Assembly (NCBI GenBank): GCA_044440125.1
Contig: JBITAJ010000029.1
Location: 64,001 to 128,000, forward strand
Direction: 5' to 3'
Length of the DNA stretch: 64,000 nt
Origin: Sedimentisphaeraceae bacterium JB056
Lineage (GTDB): Bacteria > Planctomycetota > Phycisphaerae > Sedimentisphaerales > Sedimentisphaeraceae
A model generated the notes under the pieces. It was given only the letters and a program-made list of their open reading frames with translations. It was not told the origin of the DNA and searched no databases. Position numbers and translations under genes: made by a program. Shown here one piece after another: positions 59,086 through 64,000 of the stretch; positions within the stretch are counted from its first letter, which is position 1, and every line of letters starts with the position of its first letter.

Positions 59086-59712
59086 ATGGATAAAAAGCCT
59101 TTACGATTAGCTGTACTTCTCAGTGGCGGCGGCACTACAATGGTCAATATTCAAAAAAATATTGATGAAGGTCGTCTCAATGCCGAGATTTGCATGGTTA
59201 TAAGCTCTCGTGGTGATGTTAAAGGAATTGATCGGGCCAAAAAGATAGGCGTTGAGCCGTTGGTTATTCGCCGTAAGGATTACACCTGTATAGAAGATTT
59301 CAGTGATACTATAGCTGAAAAACTTAGGGAGCAATCAATAGATCTCGTTGTTCAGGCCGGATGGCTTTGCCTTTGGCTGATACCTGATGATTATGTCAAT
59401 CGTGTGATGAATATACACCCTTCGCTGCTGCCAAGCTTTGGCGGCAAAGGAATGTGGGGGCACCATGTTCATGAGGCGGTGCTTGAGGCAGGATGCAAAG
59501 TTAGCGGCTGTACGGTACATTTCTGTACCAATGAATATGACAAGGGGCCGATAATCGTTCAAAGAAGCTGTGCGGCTTATGACAGCGACAGTGCCGATGA
59601 GCTTGCCGCAAGAGTTTTTGAGCAGGAATGCCTTGCCTATCCTGAGGCGATAGAACTTTTTGAGCGGCAACTGTTGAAAGTTGACGGCTCTGTTGTTAGA
59701 ATAGAGCGATAA
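59086..59712 (+). CDS. purN: Phosphoribosylglycinamide formyltransferase
   Basis: VLLSGGGT, NIHPSLLPSFGG, GCTVH, YDKGPII. Confidence 0.96.
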   Translation: MDKKPLRLAVLLSGGGTTMVNIQKNIDEGRLNAEICMVISSRGDVKGIDRAKKIGVEPLVIRRKDYTCIEDFSDTIAEKLREQSIDLVVQAGWLCLWLIPDDYVNRVMNIHPSLLPSFGGKGMWGHHVHEAVLEAGCKVSGCTVHFCTNEYDKGPIIVQRSCAAYDSDSADELAARVFEQECLAYPEAIELFERQLLKVDGSVVRIER

Positions 59713-59813
59713 ATCAGCATTAAGCTGTTTTTAGGAAAAGTTGAGGTAGAACTTTTTGACAACATAATGTATTTAACAGCTTGTTAAATTCGAGTTATAG
59801 AAAGGGGCTTAAT

Positions 59814-60143
59814 ATGGCCGAGAATGTATTAGAACTGACAGATGCAAATTTTGAAGAAATAGTTAACGAATCAGATGTACCCGTACTTGTTGATTTTTGG
59901 GCGCCATGGTGCGGTCCTTGCAAGATGATTGCTCCTTTGATCGGTCAGATTGCTGATGAATATGAAGATAAAGCTAAAGTGTGCAAGATTGATACTGATG
60001 AGCACCGTGAAGCGGCAGTAGAGTTTGGCATTACAGCTATACCTACTGTTATAATATTCAAAGACGGCAAGGTGTTTAAGAAGTGGGTAGGCCTGGTAAG
60101 TGCTGATGATATAACTGATGCACTTGATGAAGCTATCGGCTGA
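59814..60143 (+). CDS. trxA: Thioredoxin
   Basis: DFWAPWCGPCK; ATG 59814. Confidence 0.95.
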   Translation: MAENVLELTDANFEEIVNESDVPVLVDFWAPWCGPCKMIAPLIGQIADEYEDKAKVCKIDTDEHREAAVEFGITAIPTVIIFKDGKVFKKWVGLVSADDITDALDEAIG

Positions 60144-60171
60144 TAAAATTAGATAAGAAATTGGGAATAAT

Positions 60172-60672
60172 ATGGCTGACAATAAAAAAGTAGCATTAAA
60201 TACAAGCAAGGGCAAAATTGTTATCGAACTTGATTTTGATAATGCTCCGATAACGGCAAAGAATTTTGCTGATTATGTGGAAGAGGGTTTCTTTAATGGT
60301 ACTATATTCCACAGAGTGATCAACGGGTTTATGATTCAGGGCGGAGGAATGACTCCTGACATGAAAGAGAAGAGCAATAAGGCTCCTATCAAGCTTGAGT
60401 CTGATAACGGCCTCAAAAATGCTCGCGGAACTGTAGCTATGGCCAGAACAATGGTTCCAGACAGTGCTACATCGCAGTTTTTCATTAACCACAAGGATAA
60501 TGACTTTTTGAACTACGCTCCAGGCAACCCGGGTTATGCTGTTTTCGGTAAGGTAGTCGAGGGCATGGACATCGTCGACGAAATCGCGAATGTAGATACC
60601 GGTCGTCACGGACATCATGATGATGTGCCGCTTGAGACTGTTGAGATTGAAAGTGCTGCTTTTGTAGACTGA
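60172..60672 (+). CDS. Cyclophilin-type peptidyl-prolyl isomerase
   Basis: [32 protein letters not shown]. Confidence 0.95.
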   Translation: MADNKKVALNTSKGKIVIELDFDNAPITAKNFADYVEEGFFNGTIFHRVINGFMIQGGGMTPDMKEKSNKAPIKLESDNGLKNARGTVAMARTMVPDSATSQFFINHKDNDFLNYAPGNPGYAVFGKVVEGMDIVDEIANVDTGRHGHHDDVPLETVEIESAAFVD

Positions 60673-60720
60673 TATCTCCAAAAATCGAATATTCACGGCG
60701 GTTATAAAACAACCCCGTTT

Positions 60721-60764
60721 AAAAAGCTCTCATGGCGGATAATCACGCCAAGGGAGCTTTTTTT
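60721..60764 (+). terminator. Intrinsic terminator
   Basis: AAAAAGCTCTCATGGCG...CGCCAAGGGAGCTTTTTTT. Confidence 0.8.
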
Positions 60765-60941
60765 ATTTAGCTCGTATTCAATTATAGATGAAAAATTGCG
60801 GTAAGTGTGAGATATTTGGCTCCCGATTAAAATTCACAGTATAGTGGTTGTGTTGATCGATAAATTTGATATGATATTTTAACTGAAATATATGCTGTCT
60901 GATTGAGATGATGATCAATATTGTGTAAAAGGACGAACGAT

Positions 60942-62678
60942 ATGGATAATAGTTTTATAAACCAGAAAATCGACGACATGACCTTGGAGCAGAAAATAGG
61001 CTTGCTGATGACTGTTGTCATTGAAGGCACAACATATACACCTGCCTTTGAGGGATATATAACCGATTATCATTGCGGCGGTATCCGTGTCGTACCTTCA
61101 GATAAATATCAGCAGAAGCTGATCATAAGCAAGAAATACAGAGATGCAGGCAGCGAACATCTCGAACGCCTTTATATCACAAATAAAGACGGTGAAGCCC
61201 CAAGCGTTACATTGCCGCAATATGCTGAGACAATAAAGACTTATCTGACGAAAACCATTGAGAACTCAGGCGTACCTCTTCGTGTTCAATTCGATCAGGA
61301 AGGCGGTTTTTCTCGCGATCTGACATTCGGCGGTGCTCACGTATTTCCCAAGCCGATGGGCATAGTTGCAGGCGGCGATCCTAAAATGGCGTATGAGGCG
61401 GCAAATGCTTTGGGACGAATGGCCAAGGCGTGCGGCTTGAATATGATTCATTCGCCCATTCTTGACGTCAATGTCAATCCCGAAAACCCTGAAATCTACA
61501 CGCGGGCATTCAGTGACAGTGCAGAAGTTGTTGCTGAGTATGCACTCCAGCAGGCTCGCGGGTTCAAGGATGCCGGCATCATAGCTACCGGCAAGCATTT
61601 CCCTGGTCGCGGCGATTCTACGATGGATGCGCACCACAACATTCCGCTTATTGATATTGATTACGATACGCTTTGGAATCGCGAACTTCTGCCTTACAGG
61701 ACACTGATCGAGAACGATGTTTTACCCGCAATCATGACAGCTCACACTATTTATCCGGCGGTCGACGATCAGGAGGTTGCTACGCTCTCGGAGAAGATGC
61801 TCAAAGGCATGTTGCGAGATAAGATGAACTTTAAGGGTGTGATAACCACTGACGCTATTGGTATGGGCGGCATTATCCTGAAATATGATATAGTTACCGC
61901 CTGCCTCAAGACCCTTCAGGCTGGCGCCGATATGTTCTTGCTTCGAATGGTTAATACTGCCGATCCTATCGGTACCGTTATTCCAAAGGTTATAAATCGC
62001 ATCAAAAGGGCCCTTGAGGATAATGAACTTACGGAGAAAGAACTCGATGAGAAGGTTTATCGTATCCTCGAGTCCTATGATAATGCAGGGCTTTTCAAGA
62101 ACGACGGCATGCCGGAAGAGTCAGTAGAAGATGTGCTGAACGACAAACATATAATAGAGGTTTGCAAAAATATCAACCATAAGAGCATCTGTATATTACG
62201 TGACGAAGACAGCCTGCTCCCGCTGGCAGAAAATACGCGGGCATTGGTTATCGAACAAAGATATCCAAGAACATACTGTCCGCATGACCGGAGCTGGTAT
62301 TCAGGGATTCTTTACGACAAACTCAGCCGTTATTCTAATGAGCTGAGCTATATCGAAACCAATTCAATTGCCACAGCCGAAGAAGAGGAAACTGTTTTTG
62401 AGCACTGTGATAAATTCGACCTTATTATTATGTCCAACTGGTTTTATCGCAGCAACATTAAATCAAACTCTGCACTGGTCGAAAAGCTGATAGCCCGCGG
62501 CAGGAAGGTACTTATACTTGCCAATACGCCTTATGAGAATCAGTGCATTCCGAGTGCCGCCAGAAACGTAATCGTTCAGCTTGGTGTAACTCCATTGAGC
62601 ATTGAAGCGGCTGCCGATATTATCTTCGGAAAAAAAGAGGCTAAGGGTAAATGGCCGATTCAGTACAAACCGGCATAA
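60942..62678 (+). CDS. GH3 beta-N-acetylhexosaminidase-like protein
   Basis: DQEGG, SPILDVN.NPENP, KHFPGRG...DAH, IMTAH, TDAIGM. Confidence 0.88.
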   Translation: MDNSFINQKIDDMTLEQKIGLLMTVVIEGTTYTPAFEGYITDYHCGGIRVVPSDKYQQKLIISKKYRDAGSEHLERLYITNKDGEAPSVTLPQYAETIKTYLTKTIENSGVPLRVQFDQEGGFSRDLTFGGAHVFPKPMGIVAGGDPKMAYEAANALGRMAKACGLNMIHSPILDVNVNPENPEIYTRAFSDSAEVVAEYALQQARGFKDAGIIATGKHFPGRGDSTMDAHHNIPLIDIDYDTLWNRELLPYRTLIENDVLPAIMTAHTIYPAVDDQEVATLSEKMLKGMLRDKMNFKGVITTDAIGMGGIILKYDIVTACLKTLQAGADMFLLRMVNTADPIGTVIPKVINRIKRALEDNELTEKELDEKVYRILESYDNAGLFKNDGMPEESVEDVLNDKHIIEVCKNINHKSICILRDEDSLLPLAENTRALVIEQRYPRTYCPHDRSWYSGILYDKLSRYSNELSYIETNSIATAEEEETVFEHCDKFDLIIMSNWFYRSNIKSNSALVEKLIARGRKVLILANTPYENQCIPSAARNVIVQLGVTPLSIEAAADIIFGKKEAKGKWPIQYKPA

Positions 62679-62683
62679 CCTTG

Positions 62684-62737
62684 CAGCTCCTTAAGCATTA
62701 AAATTGACTTGCTGTCTAATTTTAATGCGGGGAGCTG
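62684..62737. terminator. Hairpin between convergent genes
   Basis: CAGCTCC/GGAGCTG and GCATTAAAATT/AATTTTAATGC arms. Confidence 0.55.
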
Positions 62738-62758
62738 GTTGGTTAGAATGAAAGCAGC

Positions 62759-64000
62759 TTATCTTTTAGGGTTTTTACGGGGTGACTGCATAGGCGGTGA
62801 AGTTGGAGCTTCCTGAAGCTCTATATAACCATTGTTGTTCTTATCAAGTTTGCTGAAATGAAATGATGGCCCGTCAAATTCATCTCTGGAAATCTTGCCG
62901 TCATTATCATCGTCAAGCCGGTTTATAAAATGACTTGCGAAGTTCTGTGTGTTGTTGGATGCAGGCAATGATTTTAACTCAACTTCAGGGCCGTTGCTTT
63001 TAGCATCCGCTTTTCCGCCTCTGACGCATCGCACAAAATTGTATATACGAACGACGTCTCCCTGTGGGCCTCGGCCTGTATCGTACTGTGAAGGATTTCC
63101 ATCTTTGGGGTCGCTTCTCTGACAGCCTGCGCCGTGTACATCCATAAGCGTCCTTTCTCCGGTTCGTCTGCCTGTCATAAAACCAAGGCCTCTGCCGAAT
63201 GCGATGTATACGCCGGATGATCCGTGAGAGAGACTTACATGGCTTGTACTTGTCCAGTAGAAGGGGTAGTCTTTTTTGCCGCCTTCATTTTCTATAGAGG
63301 TCGTATTGAATATTGGGTCTATAGCCGCGGAGTTTGTTGCATCGGGGCAGCGTGAATAATCAACGATGCTTTGCAGTTCTTTGGCGTTTGGCAGTCTCCA
63401 GTCGCTATGGCTGGCATAGTTGAGGTTTTCGGCGTATTGCAGTGCATGCTTCCAGTTCATTGCTTTGCCGTTGTCAATTTTCATCCATTCGAGGCCGGTG
63501 GCATTGTCTGTGATTGTGCCGTCACCATTGTCAACGAATTTGTTTTTGCCGTAGTTGGTGTTGCCTCGTACGTATAATACGTAGAATAATTTGCTTGTAG
63601 GATACCCCTTGATGCGTCCGTCTGCGAAGTTCACACCAAACATCGTTTTGTTTCCGTTCATTGTCGTACTCTTGTATATTGTTGAAGTAGCGAACTGTGA
63701 GTCAATAACGCGATCTCCATCTGCTATTTTACCATATTCGAAGTCGAAGTATCTAGTGTCAATGAACGGCCGCTGGCTTGAAGTTTCTTCGCTCATTGGA
63801 TCGGGATCGGTTCCGCTGAAGAGTATTAGTGAATAAAGCTCTTTTATTGTCGGCAGACGCCAGTCTGTGTATCCGCCTACTTTGCATTTTGATGCTTGGG
63901 CAGACGCTTGAGACTGAGTCATCTTGCCAAGAGGTGTCTTTGTCCACACAAGTGCGGTAACATTATCTGTTATGGTACCGTCTTTGTTGTCGGTATAATC
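62759..64000 (-). CDS. DUF1566 (Lcl-type) repeat protein with C-terminal EF-hands (runs off the right edge)
   Basis: Frame is open to 64000; two DNxDGTITDN.T.L.W...DWRLP..KEL repeats; DDDNDGKIS..E and DKNNNGYI..E EF-hands. Confidence 0.85.
   Translation of the reverse strand, partial: DYTDNKDGTITDNVTALVWTKTPLGKMTQSQASAQASKCKVGGYTDWRLPTIKELYSLILFSGTDPDPMSEETSSQRPFIDTRYFDFEYGKIADGDRVIDSQFATSTIYKSTTMNGNKTMFGVNFADGRIKGYPTSKLFYVLYVRGNTNYGKNKFVDNGDGTITDNATGLEWMKIDNGKAMNWKHALQYAENLNYASHSDWRLPNAKELQSIVDYSRCPDATNSAAIDPIFNTTSIENEGGKKDYPFYWTSTSHVSLSHGSSGVYIAFGRGLGFMTGRRTGERTLMDVHGAGCQRSDPKDGNPSQYDTGRGPQGDVVRIYNFVRCVRGGKADAKSNGPEVELKSLPASNNTQNFASHFINRLDDDNDGKISRDEFDGPSFHFSKLDKNNNGYIELQEAPTSPPMQSPRKNPKR

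Overview
Bacterial chromosomal window, probably from an anaerobic planctomycete (Phycisphaerae/Sedimentisphaerales-like). The taxonomy is inferred from dockerin-like '..WL' C-terminal tails, topoisomerase VI, a URO-D paralog and a Tat-exported aldo/keto reductase. The housekeeping backbone includes prfA, rpmE, rnhA, rpmF-plsX-fabH-fabD-fabG-acpP-fabF, alaS, valS-coaE-rho-aspS, purN, trxA, a cyclophilin and the SRP (4.5S) RNA. Accessory content includes a pentaheme cytochrome c with a dockerin-like tail, a complete TtpB/TtpC-type TonB system with its receptor, GH1 and GH3 glycosidases, and an MjaI-family R-M pair whose methyltransferase carries a degenerate SNase domain. The strongest candidates for undescribed biology are three. 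(1) A tightly coupled pair of an RNase J-like beta-CASP nuclease and a PD-(D/E)xK nuclease, a candidate defence module. (2) Small transposase-less gene units bounded by inverted short-period repeat arrays: a GxxExxY nuclease with 9-bp units plus an empty twin, a four-helix-bundle gene with 7-bp units, and orphan membrane genes with GGGG(T)CA-type ends behind a strong promoter. (3) A top6A gene with no top6B nearby. No CRISPR array, rRNA, tRNA, integrase or transposase was recognised. All calls are by eye; no searches or counts were run.
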